A stretch of DNA of 63,458 bases, counting the filler, from Octopus bimaculoides (taxonomy: Eukaryota): NCBI RefSeq assembly GCF_001194135.2. It is 8 parts of 7 records of this genome, joined end to end, with 100 filler letters (N's around TTAATTAATTAA, not from the genome) between each part and the next. Parts side by side here need not be neighbours in the genome. Positions count along the whole stretch, not along the records: positions 30,620 to 41,545 come from NC_069002.1; positions 41,646 to 46,100 come from NC_069004.1; positions 46,201 to 55,292 come from NC_068984.1; 5 more parts are not named here. The stretch is one strand, 5' to 3'. The translations under genes were made by a program, and so were the position numbers. This document shows positions 38,468 through 51,499 of the stretch, piece by piece; positions within the stretch are counted from its first letter, which is position 1, and each line of letters opens with the position of its first letter. The notes beneath the pieces were generated by a model, which was not told the origin of the DNA, did no database searches, and worked only from the letters and a program-made list of their open reading frames with translations.

Positions 38468-40062
38468 TTAATCAAAAGATTAAATGTGGTACTTAAAATG
38501 TTTGAGGCACCAGAATTTGGTAGGATAAAAACCAAAAACAAAATCCAGAGATTTGGTGAATAAAAATTTGAAGATAAGCAACAAAAATTCAATAGGTTAT
38601 AGCAGTACGTACCTTTCGTACAAGCTCCATTTATTCATGTGGTGAATCCCTCCAATTAGATTTTAAATTCTTGTTTGATTCACTTGTCTGTGGAACAGCA
38701 GCATAGTCGAGATGATATGTTTTCTTCTCTTACTCTTGTTTTTTGCAAACATCCTGAAAATGACTTTCTAAAATGAAATTCCATTATGCAGNNNNNNNNN
38801 NNNNNNNNNNNNNNNNNNNNNNNNNNNNNNNNNNNNNNNNNNNNNNNNNNNNNNNNNNNNNNNNNNNNNNNNNNNNNNNNNNNNNNNNNNNNNNNNNNNN
38901 NNNNNNNNNNNNNNNNNNNNNNNNNNNNNNNNNNNNNNNNNNNNNNNNNNNNNNNNNNNNNNNNNNNNNNNNNNNNNNNNNNNNNNNNNNNNNNNNNNNN
39001 NNNNNNNNNNNNNNNNNNNNNNNNNNNNNNNNNNNNNNNNNNNNNNNNNNNNNNNNNNNNNNNNNNNNNNNNNNNNNNNNNNNNNNNNNNNNNNNNNNNN
39101 NNNNNNNNNNNNNNNNNNNNNNNNNNNNNNNNNNNNNNNNNNNNNNNNNNNNNNNNNNNNNNNNNNNNNNNNNNNNNNNNNNNNNNNNNNNNNNNNNNNN
39201 NNNNNNNNNNNNNNNNNNNNNNNNNNNNNNNNNNNNNNNNNNNNNNNNNNNNNNNNNNNNNNNNNNNNNNNNNNNNNNNNNNNNNNNNNNNNNNNNNNNN
39301 NNNNNNNNNNNNNNNNNNNNNNNNNNNNNNNNNATATATATATATATATATAATAGTGGTACAACAATGCACCAATATTTTATGTAAATAGCAGTCGATA
39401 ATATACGACGCTATAGTAAAGTTTCACTGTATATATACTGGCAAACATGTTTGCGGGCGGCGAACATAAAACATTTCATCTTGCCTGTAGGAAGAACATT
39501 AAATAAATGTACAACCCAGATGTGGATAATCTAGGACCTAGGTTTCGAACGTTCTAAATTACGTTCGTACAAAACCTCATATGTCGCTACATCAATGCCA
39601 GTATGTACTTGTCTGAAACGCCTAGTCGTTAACAGACCGAGAAAAGTTTTCACAGAACAAAAATATTTGAATATTGCAATACAGTAGTATTGCTTCCCAG
39701 GGGTTTAATCGATTATATAGACCACAACACTCAACTGGTACCTATTTTATCGAACCCGAAAAGGATGAAAAGCATAGTCGGGGTGGTGGTGGTGGTGTTT
39801 ACCTTCGAGTAAATGCTAATCAAACAGAATTATTTCTAAAGTCGCTCAGACCGTGGCCATCGCATCGGCTTTGAGCATCACTATCCCTATTTTTTTTTTT
39901 TTGCTTATTTAAGTCCGAATTAGAAGTATGGGGGCGAGCACCCTAATTGTTGGATCATACAGAAGGCTAAACAACATCAGCAGCAGCAAGAACACTGACG
40001 ACCATGAATGATAATATTTATTGAAAACAATGGCTGCAAAAACATAAATACTTTTACGAATA

Positions 40063-40530
<468 letters not shown>

Positions 40531-41122
40531 GACTAGACATATAAAAGATATTTGCAGTGAGAGACCAAGCCAAGTGCCACGAGTAAACATCCAGGCATTG
40601 TACGAAATTAAATTATTACGTCATCAGGTCACATGACTAACCTCCTAAACATAACCGGATTACTATTTCTTTTTGTTGATGTTGTTGTTGCTGTTATTGT
40701 TGTTGTTTTTATTGTTGTTCTTCATCAATGTTCGAATATTGTTTCGTAGTCATCAATAGACCGATCAGGGAAAGAGCGAAGGGTTAAATGCGTTTATTGT
40801 GTAATAAAACAAAAAAAAATGAAAGATGCATCAACTTTTATACAATTTTAGTTTTCTTTTGATATCCAATTTTTTTTTTTTTATGGAAAAAAAAAAGACG
40901 GTTTTATTATTGTAAGATGTTTTTGCATTCGCTCATTGATGCTGCTGTTGTTGTTCTCGTCATCGTCGTCGTCATCATCGTCGCCATCATAGTTTTTGTT
41001 GGTGTTGTTGTTTTTGCTGTTGTTGTTTTTGACAGGTTTATAATGTATATGCCAGTCATGATTTTGGCGTGAAATGTAAATAATGAGATAGAGAAAGGAT
41101 ACACACACACAAACACACATAC

Positions 41123-41174
<52 letters not shown>

Positions 41175-41324
41175 AGAATTATGTATGCGCGGGTGCACAT
41201 ACACAGGAACGTACCCAGAAAACACAAAAGCACTCGCACAGAAACACACACACACATACACATACACGTGCGCGCGAGCGGTCACACACATACACAGACG
41301 TATGTTTTTTGATAGGCGAGGTAC

Positions 41325-41377
<53 letters not shown>

Positions 41378-41411
41378 TATAGATAAATAAATAGATAGAT
41401 GAATGGATAGG

Positions 41412-41453
<42 letters not shown>

Positions 41454-41545
41454 CATTTCTTTTATTAGCCACACAGGGCTCAACGAAGATGGGACAAATA
41501 CAATGTAGAGCTTTTCTTTTTGGGAGGGGGAAAGGAAGGAAAAAA

Positions 41546-41645
41546 NNNNNNNNNNNNNNNNNNNNNNNNNNNNNNNNNNNNNNNNNNNNTTAATTAATTA
41601 ANNNNNNNNNNNNNNNNNNNNNNNNNNNNNNNNNNNNNNNNNNNN
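41546..41645. other. Artificial 100-bp join linker
   Basis: TTAATTAATTAA at 41590-41601 within 44N/44N. Confidence 0.95.
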
Positions 41646-41749
41646 CATGTAGGTGTTATGCCTAGGGTACCATATATTTGGATTTGTACAGTTTTGTTCA
41701 AGTGAATGTTTAAGAAACCATAAGAAAATTATGTTTGCTTTAAAATTTG

Positions 41750-41812
41750 AGATCACATAGACAGTATTTTACGTAGGATATGGGCAGTTCCCATGAGCAC
41801 TATCTTTTGGAC

Positions 41813-41852
<40 letters not shown>

Positions 41853-42035
41853 AATTGTCTTTGCAGAGCTTCTAACGCATGAGATGTACTGCGGTCCCAG
41901 CTGTTCACTACCAGTGAACTAAAGTAACACCCCTTATTTTTCGAGTACCATCCGGAATATTCGAGTGGTTCCAAGCAGTGATGTTTCCTGAAAGTGCTCC
42001 ACCCTTATTGCAGCCCCCATTTCTTCCATGTACTT
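41750..42035 (-). mobile_element. Two consecutive RLE-LINE 3' ends separated by a (TAA)n tail
   Basis: KYMEEMGAAIRVEHFQETSLLGTTRIFRMVLEK* plus 3' UTR and (ATA)n, then VQKIVLMGTAHILRKILSM*; both fit 'QK..LLGT..ILR..L'. Confidence 0.7.
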
Positions 42036-42539
42036 CTCAAGATTTTTACTCAGACTGTTTATAAGAGGGACATTTTGGTGGCTATTTCTTTCATGCCAGA
42101 CTTTTAATCATTTCTCGTGCGTCGTAGCTATCTGTTTTATGAAGACATCTCTCACAGAGCAGATGGTTCCAATCGTAAAAACACCTTCCATTTTGTTACT
42201 TCAAATTCCTTTGTCACGTAGTTTCTTCTTTTTGACGGCATAAACAGAAACATTTTCGTTGCTTCCTAGCGTTTCTCGTATATTGATCTAACCTAGATAT
42301 AACATTGTTAGATTATTCAATATTATACGATATCAAGCAGTATTACACGGTAAAAGTCGGTTTAATGTCGAGAATTTAGTCTTAAATTTTAACATTAGAT
42401 TTGTATATATTCTCCCTATCGCTCTCTTCATCTCGTTCTATTTCTCTACTCAACCCTCTCTTTTTCTGTAATATATACAAGACAATAAAATCTGTGCCAT
42501 ACTTATACACATATACATGTATATATATGTATAGTTACG

Positions 42540-42577
<38 letters not shown>

Positions 42578-42691
42578 ACTATCTATTTCTATCTCTATAT
42601 ATATATTTATTCACACACACACAGACATATATGTATATATATCTATATACATACTTCTTCTGTATCTGCGTGTTTCTCTCTCTCGATCTCC

Positions 42692-42734
<43 letters not shown>

Positions 42735-43135
42735 ATGAAATATAGAGCAATATAGAGCAATATGAACATTCAATTCTATATAAACTTTTTCATACACGCA
42801 CATATACACTCGCCAACACACCCTCACACACACGTTGCCCGAAGCGCCACCCATTGTGTGTCACGCTAGTCCATCAACATCACTTACATCTAACATTAAA
42901 TCTTCAACGACACATCAATATCAAAGTGAATCATTTATTAAAGAATCCTTAGAAACGCAATAATTTTCACTAAAATGGTATTTCAAATGTTCTTCTCCTC
43001 CATTTAATTCTAAGAAGACATATATATGTTATTGAATGTTAATAAAAATCCGGAATATATTTGGAATGAACAAATAAACGCAACCCAAAACTACTCTTTT
43101 AGTCTTATATACAGCCATGTATGAATATATATATA

Positions 43136-43168
<33 letters not shown>

Positions 43169-44167
43169 NNNNNNNNNNNNNNNNNNNNNNNNNNNNNNNN
43201 NNNNNNNNNNNNNNNNNNNNNNNNNNNNNNNNNNNNNNNNNNNNNNNNNNNNNNNNNNNNNNNNNNNNNNNNNNNNNNNNNNNNNNNNNNNNNNNNNNNN
43301 NNNNNNNNNNNNNNNNNNNNNNNNNNNNNNNNNNNNNNNNNNNNNNNNNNNNNNNNNNNNNNNNNNNNNNNNNNNNNNNNNNNNNNNNNNNNNNNNNNNN
43401 NNNNNNNNNNNNNNNNNNNNNNNNNNNNNNNNNNNNNNNNNNNNNNNNNNNNNNNNNNNNNNNNNNNNNNNNNNNNNNNNNNNNNNNNNNNNNNNNNNNN
43501 NNNNNNNNNNNNNNNNNNNNNNNNNNNNNNNNNNNNNNNNNNNNNNNNNNNNNNNNNNNNNNNNNNNNNNNNNNNNNNNNNNNNNNNNNNNNNNNNNNNN
43601 NNNNNNNNNNNNNNNNNNNNNNNNNNNNNNNNNNNNNNNNNNNNNNNNNNNNNNNNNNNNNNNNNNNNNNNNNNNNNNNNNNNNNNNNNNNNNNNNNNNN
43701 NNNNNNNNNNNNNNNNNNNNNNNNNNNNNNNNNNNNNNNNNNNNNNNNNNNNNNNNNNNNNNNNNNNNNNNNNNNNNNNNNNNNNNNNNNNNNNNNNNNN
43801 NNNNNNNNNNNNNNNNNNNNNNNNNNNNNNNNNNNNNNNNNNNNNNNNNNNNNNNNNNNNNNNNNNNNNNNNNNNNNNNNNNNNNNNNNNNNNNNNNNNN
43901 NNNNNNNNNNNAGTGTGTGTTTTCTGTGTGAAATGCATGTCAATGCATGCACATAGACAAGAGGAAAAACTTACACAATGTCAGGCGTGGAGTTGTACAA
44001 TATATAATAGAACCTGGAAATTCTCTTATTAAACTTCGAGTTTCACCTTTCGGTTCATCAGGGTAAGATGATTTGAGAAAGAAATTAGAAGTTTATAGAC
44101 ATTTATTTTGAAAAGTCATAAAAGTATTTTTAATTTACGCAGTGTTGTAGATTATAATGTACGTCAA

Positions 44168-44198
<31 letters not shown>

Positions 44199-44480
44199 AG
44201 GAAGGAAGAAAGAAAGAAATACAAAAAGAAAGATGAATAAAACTCGGTGTTATAGGGATTCTTGGAAAGTGACATAAGGAGTGAATTGAATAGGAAAACT
44301 GATATAGAGAGGAAGAAGTTTGAAAATCGAATGAGATAAACAGCGGAAAGCAACAATATGAAAATTGTAAAAGTGCAGCGAGTTTCGCCAACACAGGGCT
44401 TCTAAAATATGTTAGGAATAGGCAGCAGGATTGAAAACAGGATGAAACTGAGAGAGAAATAGGGGAATAAAATATGAAAT

Positions 44481-44531
<51 letters not shown>

Positions 44532-44558
44532 GTGTGTAAAATGGTTAATATTAAGCAC

Positions 44559-44630
44559 TCCTTAGTGGTATAGTGGTTATTATCCCCGTCTGTCACGCGA
44601 CATACCTGGGTTCGATTCTTTGCCAGGAAA
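44559..44630 (+). tRNA. tRNA-Asp(GTC) pseudogene/decayed copy
   Basis: TCCTTAGTGGTATAGTGGTTATTATCCCCGTCTGTCACGCGACATACCTGGGTTCGATTCTTTGCCAGGAAAG aligns to the canonical eukaryotic tRNA-Asp. A box, B box and anticodon GTC (44592-44594) are kept; the acceptor, anticodon and T stems are mispaired. T5 run at 44640. Confidence 0.8.
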
Positions 44631-45071
44631 GCTAATTAGTTTTTGTAAGCTCGTGATGTGTGGTTACTAGAGGAAGCCAACAGATTTTGTCATTCCGAAA
44701 TTACGGTCCAGTTAGTATATTCGAGTGCATGTATTCCTAACAGTCAAAGCAAACTGTTGAAGTAAGTTTGAAGCTCAACGAAGGAGTGTAGTTTGCCAAA
44801 AATAATTGCTAAATCGACTTCAAATCACACGTTGCCATCTTACGAGAAAGAACACATTTTATAATGATGATGATGATGGTGGTGATGATGATGATAATAT
44901 CAATGATGCAACAACAACAGCAACAACAATAACAACAACCACATCAATATGATTATCATCAACAACATTAACAACAACAACAACAACAACAATAATAATA
45001 ATAATGACAATAATGATAATAACAAAAACAATAACGATATGTATATAAGATTACGTATATATGAATGTATG

Positions 45072-45104
<33 letters not shown>

Positions 45105-46100
45105 NNNNNNNNNNNNNNNNNNNNNNNNNNNNNNNNNNNNNNNNNNNNNNNNNNNNNNNNNNNNNNNNNNNNNNNNNNNNNNNNNNNNNNNNNNNNNNNN
45201 NNNNNNNNNNNNNNNNNNNNNNNNNNNNNNNNNNNNNNNNNNNNNNNNNNNNNNNNNNNNNNNNNNNNNNNNNNNNNNNNNNNNNNNNNNNNNNNNNNNN
45301 NNNNNNNNNNNNNNNNNNNNNNNNNNNNNNNNNNNNNNNNNNNNNNNNNNNNNNNNNNNNNNNNNNNNNNNNNNNNNNNNNNNNNNNNNNNNNNNNNNNN
45401 NNNNNNNNNNNNNNNNNNNNNNNNNNNNNNNNNNNNNNNNNNNNNNNNNNNNNNNNTATATATTTATACAATTATATTAATAATCACTAACAGAGGATAT
45501 AGGAGACTGAATAGAGATGTAAACAGCTGTATATAAAGCGAAAAATAAAAACAACTAAAACACACAGAAATAAACAACAACCTAAAAATTTAATACATAC
45601 TAAAAGTACAGACAATTCAAAAGACAAATTCTTAGCATAAGCTGACTGTTTTTTCCTTAACATGAAGAAGACAATGTTAAATAACATGAAATACAAATAT
45701 AAAAACGTATGAAAAGAAACAAAACCTAAAAAGACATGAAAAAGGTATAAAACTGAAAAATTCTGTTTCTGTCAGAAATGATAAAGGAGATTAAAAAAAA
45801 TAATTAGCAATAAAATATTTCCTTTCAATGTTTATCCTCAAGATGCTTCCCTCATAAGATGTAAGCGCAGACGTGGTTGCGCGGTTGGAAGTCTGCTTCT
45901 CAATCACGTGGTTCCGGGTTTAGTTTCACTGCGTGCTACCTTGCGCGAGTGCTTACTACTATAATTCTGGGTACATGCAACATCTCTCTCTTTCTCGCTT
46001 ACTCTCTTTCTCTCTTACGATCTCTCTCTCTCTCTATGAATGTATATATGTGTGTGTGTGTGATTGTGTATATGTGCATATATATATATATATATATATA

Positions 46101-46200
46101 NNNNNNNNNNNNNNNNNNNNNNNNNNNNNNNNNNNNNNNNNNNNTTAATTAATTAANNNNNNNNNNNNNNNNNNNNNNNNNNNNNNNNNNNNNNNNNNNN
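46101..46200. other. Artificial 100-bp join linker
   Basis: TTAATTAATTAA at 46145-46156 within 44N/44N. Confidence 0.95.
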
Positions 46201-46233
<33 letters not shown>

Positions 46234-46607
46234 TACATATATACAAACATATGTGTGTGTGCGTGTGTGCGTGCGTGTGCGTGTGTATCTGTGTATGTAT
46301 CGGTTGTCTGCTCGCACACGCTGTCCTTTTCGAAAGTGCGTACGCGGCCTGGCCACGGAGCTTTGCGCGCATCTGGATATCACCGACTGTAATTTCTGTG
46401 TGCGTGTACACACATTGCAAACTGAAACACACTGACAGACAAATACTCGCCACACCATAACCAATTCGCACACAGAATTTCAAGACGCCGTACGTTGATG
46501 AAAACAACAACGATCCTACAACAATCCTACATCGTTCTGAAGTTGTATACATACATACATACATACATACATACATACATAAATACATACATACATACAT
46601 ATATACA

Positions 46608-46870
46608 TATATCCAGATTACAAGTTCAGGTTTATACCTGTAATTATTGGGGCCCTGGGGTATGTAACACACTGCCTAAAAACTAATCTTGAGAAATTAG
46701 GCTTCTCAAAACCAGAAAGGGGAAAGCTAATTCGAAGACTACAGATCCAATCCATCACTGGAACTGTAAAAATCTGTAAAACTTTCCAGAAGTTTATCAT
46801 TTAAATATATATGAGCATGTCTAGACATGCAACTATATGCATGAGAATACATACATAAGGCAAAACATAC
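46608..46870 (+). mobile_element. R4/Dong-like LINE 3' end (RLE C-terminus and 3' UTR)
   Basis: YPDYKFRFIPVIIGALGYVTHCLKTNLEKLGF...LIRRLQIQSITGTVKICKTFQKFII* in an open frame. Confidence 0.75.
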
Positions 46871-48104
46871 AAATCTGCACACCTACCTATCTACCTACCC
46901 ACATGTAAGAAATTTCTACATATTAACCTACATGTAAGAAATTCCTCGCTCCCTTTCTTTTCTCTTTTGCTGAACAAGTAATGAAATGAGATGAAGAAAA
47001 AAAAAATCAAGAATGTCTTCTAAATTATAAACTATGAAGTTTTTCTCGATACGATACACCTAAATTCGTGAAATGTTGAATTTAGCTTAATTTACTTGTC
47101 TCAAATTATATCGTGCTGAAGATTCCAAAGGCGGATGAAATAGCGCTCTACATGGTTACCAACAAGTAGATACTTTAAGAACTTTATAATGTGTACGAAA
47201 AAATTATAAGTGGATGCTCCATACACCTTTGTTTCTCTTTGCAGCAAATTCCAAAGTTTCAATCTCGACTCAACTTAGTTTAATCTAAAAGAGATTGTCT
47301 CCCTCTATAATAGATAACCAACAGGACCACATGACGAGTAGTAAATGTAATTTTTTTCGAAAATTAGTATTCATCATTTTGTATAAGCACCAAGAAATTT
47401 GATAGAAGTTAAACGATAATTATTTTATGTGTGGTATATTTCCTAATATTACATATTACTAATGGTAGTAAAAATATATGCAGCGAGAATGTTCAGTAAT
47501 CAGAGCACTACATTCGATGTCACGATTCGCGAGAATGTTACCCACGTGATAAAAAAAATCTAACTTCGTGTGGAATAGGCTCCAACAACGACTTTTGGTG
47601 CGTTTCTTTCTGAGCCTACTCATCAATATAAATTCGGCACACCTTGACTACTTGATAGAGAGAACTTTGGGATGCAGCAAAGAGAACATTGAGACACAGC
47701 AGAGATGAGACTGCAGACGGACGGGGAACCGACGCGGACAGCTGCTGACTCGAGATATCGACAACCACAATGAACGATCGGCGACAGCAACACAACGACC
47801 AGTAGCTAACTTTTTGACTACCATTACAATCACACCAAGAACAATAACGTTGAAACTCTATCGACATTTTCTTGTTCGATGTAATGACAATATTTGTTTT
47901 TTTTTTTGTGTGTATGAAAAGAATAAAATCTTCTTTGTCAGAAATTTCAACAGATTCAGTGTTCTTCTTCGTACATATACTTTCAAAATTTCCTGTAATT
48001 TGACAGGTAGCACTCCCGTATATTCAATAATGACAAAACACGGAAATATGTCACATAGAAAAACAATTTCCTATAAATATTGATTTCAAGATTTCGCACA
48101 AGGC

Positions 48105-48265
48105 CAGCAGGTTTGGGGGAGGGAGGAAGTCAATTACATCGACCCCAGTGTTCAACTGGTACCTATTTTATCAAGTCCAAACGGATTAAAGGCAGAGCTG
48201 ACCTTGGCGGAATTTGAAGTCAGAACGTAAAGACGGCCGAAATGCCGCTAAGCATTTTGCCTGGA
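48105..48265 (-). mobile_element. SINE family A, partial
   Basis: 'catcgaccccagtg...ggcggaatttgaagtcagaacgtaaagacgg..gaaatgccgctaagcattttgcc'. Confidence 0.75.
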
Positions 48266-49479
48266 ATATTTCTTACAAATATTGGTCGATATTCATAACA
48301 CGGTATAAAAAATTGTAGCAGAAAGATATTGGCAACTGAATCAGCCCCAATATATGCCTGGTATTAATAATATCAAACCCCACCCATTCTTTCAGGGTAG
48401 AAAACTTCAACAGTTCATAATTAGCCTGATTTGACTAAGAAGCTGATGAGAACAAAATACTGTAAAAATAAATTTATTGTGCTTCAGGGTTGGGTATATT
48501 GAGGAATCTATCATTTCTGCAACTCCAATGAATTCTACCATTTTATATACTGAATTTTTTTTCTTCCCATATTCACCAAGCTATCACTTCAAAATTGTTC
48601 TTTCTGTTGCTAAATTATTCGTGTTGTTGAGATAATACAGCCTTAGAAATTAGGAGAGTGCAAACTAATTGCTTATAGCTTGGCCCCTTAGGGATCACCT
48701 GGGGTCCTATTTCTTGGTGAAAGATAAACCTTCCAATCTAAAAAGGCATTGATTAAATTTTCACTTCAATTCTTTTAATGAATGGCCGGGCAAATTTTCC
48801 CTCCCAAAACTATATATTGTCTAGTGCATTGCAGTTTAAGTGTCCGTGGGTGAGTACATACATACATACATACATACATACATACATACATACATACATA
48901 CACATACATGCATACAGATATGTATGTATGTATGTATATATATATAAATATATGTGAATATATATGTAAATATATATATGTATATATATATATGTATATA
49001 TATATATNNNNNNNNNNATATACTTATATATACATATATATATATACATCTATCTATCTTTCTATCTATCTATCTATCTATCTATATATATACTCATTTA
49101 TACATATATTTGCATACACACATACACATATATTTAAACTCATACATATATAACTATACATATGTATGTAGATGCACACACGCATACACATGTACATATA
49201 CGCATATGCGGCTATGTATGTATATGTGCAAGCACACCGAATATATCTTTTAAGAAAAACTTTTTACTGCCGTTCCTATTATATGATTTACAATTGTTAT
49301 AGTGGAAATATATTGATGGTCTTTTTGTTGTTGTCATTGTTCGCTTTGGAGGGGAGGGGGAGTGGTTTTCTGTAAATAGTCTGAAATTTTTGAAAACAAA
49401 GAGAATACTTTTTAAGCCCTCAAAACATATACTGTCATTCACGCGTATAAAATTGACATATTGGAAATATATCGCGATC

Positions 49480-49576
<97 letters not shown>

Positions 49577-49761
49577 CATGTGTGTGTGTGAATACATATA
49601 TATATATATTTATATATACATGAGTGAGTATATGTATTCATAAAATTTAGATGCCCACATATATATATAACATAAAATACACACACACACACACGCACAC
49701 GTATTATGTTATCCATTTGTATGTATTCAAATATCTGTATCTTATGCACCTCGCTCAATCA

Positions 49762-49847
<86 letters not shown>

Positions 49848-50065
49848 ACCTATATATATGTATATACAAATGAGAAGTATACGATGCGATTTCAAAGAAT
49901 CGTACATCTATCACAAAAAGCTTCTCTTACAGACTCGGCTATCAGACTGCATAGTAATCAAATACAAAGAAGTGTAATGTAGAGTGTCCATGTAATTGGA
50001 AATCCAGAGAATCCGAGAGATGGAATTATTTCGAAATTATTCGAATTATTTCGAAAGCAGGAATT

Positions 50066-50325
50066 ATTTCGAAAGAGGCCAGGGAATAGAAGAAAGAAGA
50101 CATGCACCCAACACCAGAGCTGAAGACACCTCCGAAAGNNNNNNNNNNNNNNNNNNNNNNNNNNNNNNNNNNNNNNNNNGGGGGGGGGGGGGAGGCGCCA
50201 CGTCAAAACGGTAGAGGAGTAGGGGCCGAAACCGGACGTGGTTCCTCCTGATGATGTCTTGAGCTAACTGGATCCTATAAAGGAGCTGTTGTGGTAGCAG
50301 ACCACGAAACATAGTTGAAATTCCC
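50066..50325 (+). repeat. Young GC-rich interspersed repeat with two CTGANGA...GAAAC units (copy 2)
   Basis: CTGAAGA 50120, GAAAC 50228, CTGATGA 50248, GAAAC 50306; inverted copy at 17613-17793. Preceded by tandem GAATTATTTCGAAA repeats (about 50021-50072). Confidence 0.85.
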
Positions 50326-50349
50326 CTAGTATAAAGCCAGAAGATACAA

Positions 50350-50837
50350 GAGGTGAATATGACTTCGATAGAAAATCCATTTTTCGTCACCAGTCACAAG
50401 TCTATCCAAAAAGGGTGAAATGAGTTCACGAGAATGGAGAGGATGTCAACTCGGGATTTGCGGTTGCTTTCGAACAATTCATGAGGCACCCATTTTCCAA
50501 GTTTAGGAACTTTTCCAAGTTGTTGAAGATGACGATGAACAGTTTTATTGTTTGAACTAATCTTTAGTGCCAATTCATCAACAAATAATGCAGGATTTTC
50601 TTCAAGTAAAGCCTCAAGGAGCTTATCCTCAAACTCAACTGGATGTCCTGTTCGATCTTCATCTTCAAGGCTGAAATCTCCACTTCTGAATTTTGCAAAC
50701 CATCTTCCTCAAGCTCTTTCCTTCAAGCATTCTTTCCCATAAACTGAGTGTATGTTTCGAGTCGTTTCAGCTGCAGAGTTTCCTTTTTTGTACTCATAAA
50801 GCATTATGTGCCTGAAATGCTCTTTGGATATTTCCAT
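50350..50837 (-). mobile_element. mariner transposase, N-terminal half, pseudogenised
   Basis: MEISKEHFRHIMLYEYKKGNSAAETTRNIHSVYG...*GRWFAKFRSGDFSLEDEDRTGHP...KLGKWVPHEL...(frameshift) LVTGDEKWIFY; WVPHEL and the first catalytic D are present. Confidence 0.92.
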
Positions 50838-51499
50838 ATTACAAAGGGTTTCAATCAAAGAAATTTTAATTCTATTATTCTGTAAAATAATATTTAATTA
50901 GTTTATATGTACACAAATGCATAAAAATAATTTTTAATTCCATTAGATATTCTAAAATACTATTAAATTTCATTAAATTTTAAAAAATTTAAAATTGAAC
51001 AGTGCTTATGGGATGACCTGATATTTCAAACTTTTCAAAATCAGTGTAAACTGTGAAACCGGCGAAATCTTAAAATATAATAATAAAAAATATTTTAACT
51101 ATTCTGNNNNNNNNNNNNNNNNNNNNNNNNNNNNNNNNNNNNNNNNNNNNNNNNNNNNNNNNNNNNNNNNNNNNNNNNNNNNNNNNNNNNNNNNNNNNNN
51201 NNNNNNNNNNNNNNNNNNNNNNNNNNNNNNNNNNNNNNNNNNNNNNNNNNNNNNNNNNNNNNNNNNNNNNNNNNNNNNNNNNNNNNNNNNNNNNNNNNNN
51301 NNNNNNNNNNNNNNNNNNNNNNNNNNNNNNNNNNNNNNNNNNNNNNNNNNNNNNNNNNNNNNNNNNNNNNNNNNNNNNNNNNNNNNNNNNNNNNNNNNNN
51401 NNNNNNNNNNNNNNNNNNNNNNNNNNNNNNNNNNNNNNNNNNNNNNNNNNNNNNNNNNNNNNNNNNNNNNNNNNNNNNNNNNNNNNNNNNNNNNNNNNT

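Noticed and set aside
39444-39453. AAACATGTTT p53-type half-site
   Set aside because: A single half-site is expected by chance.
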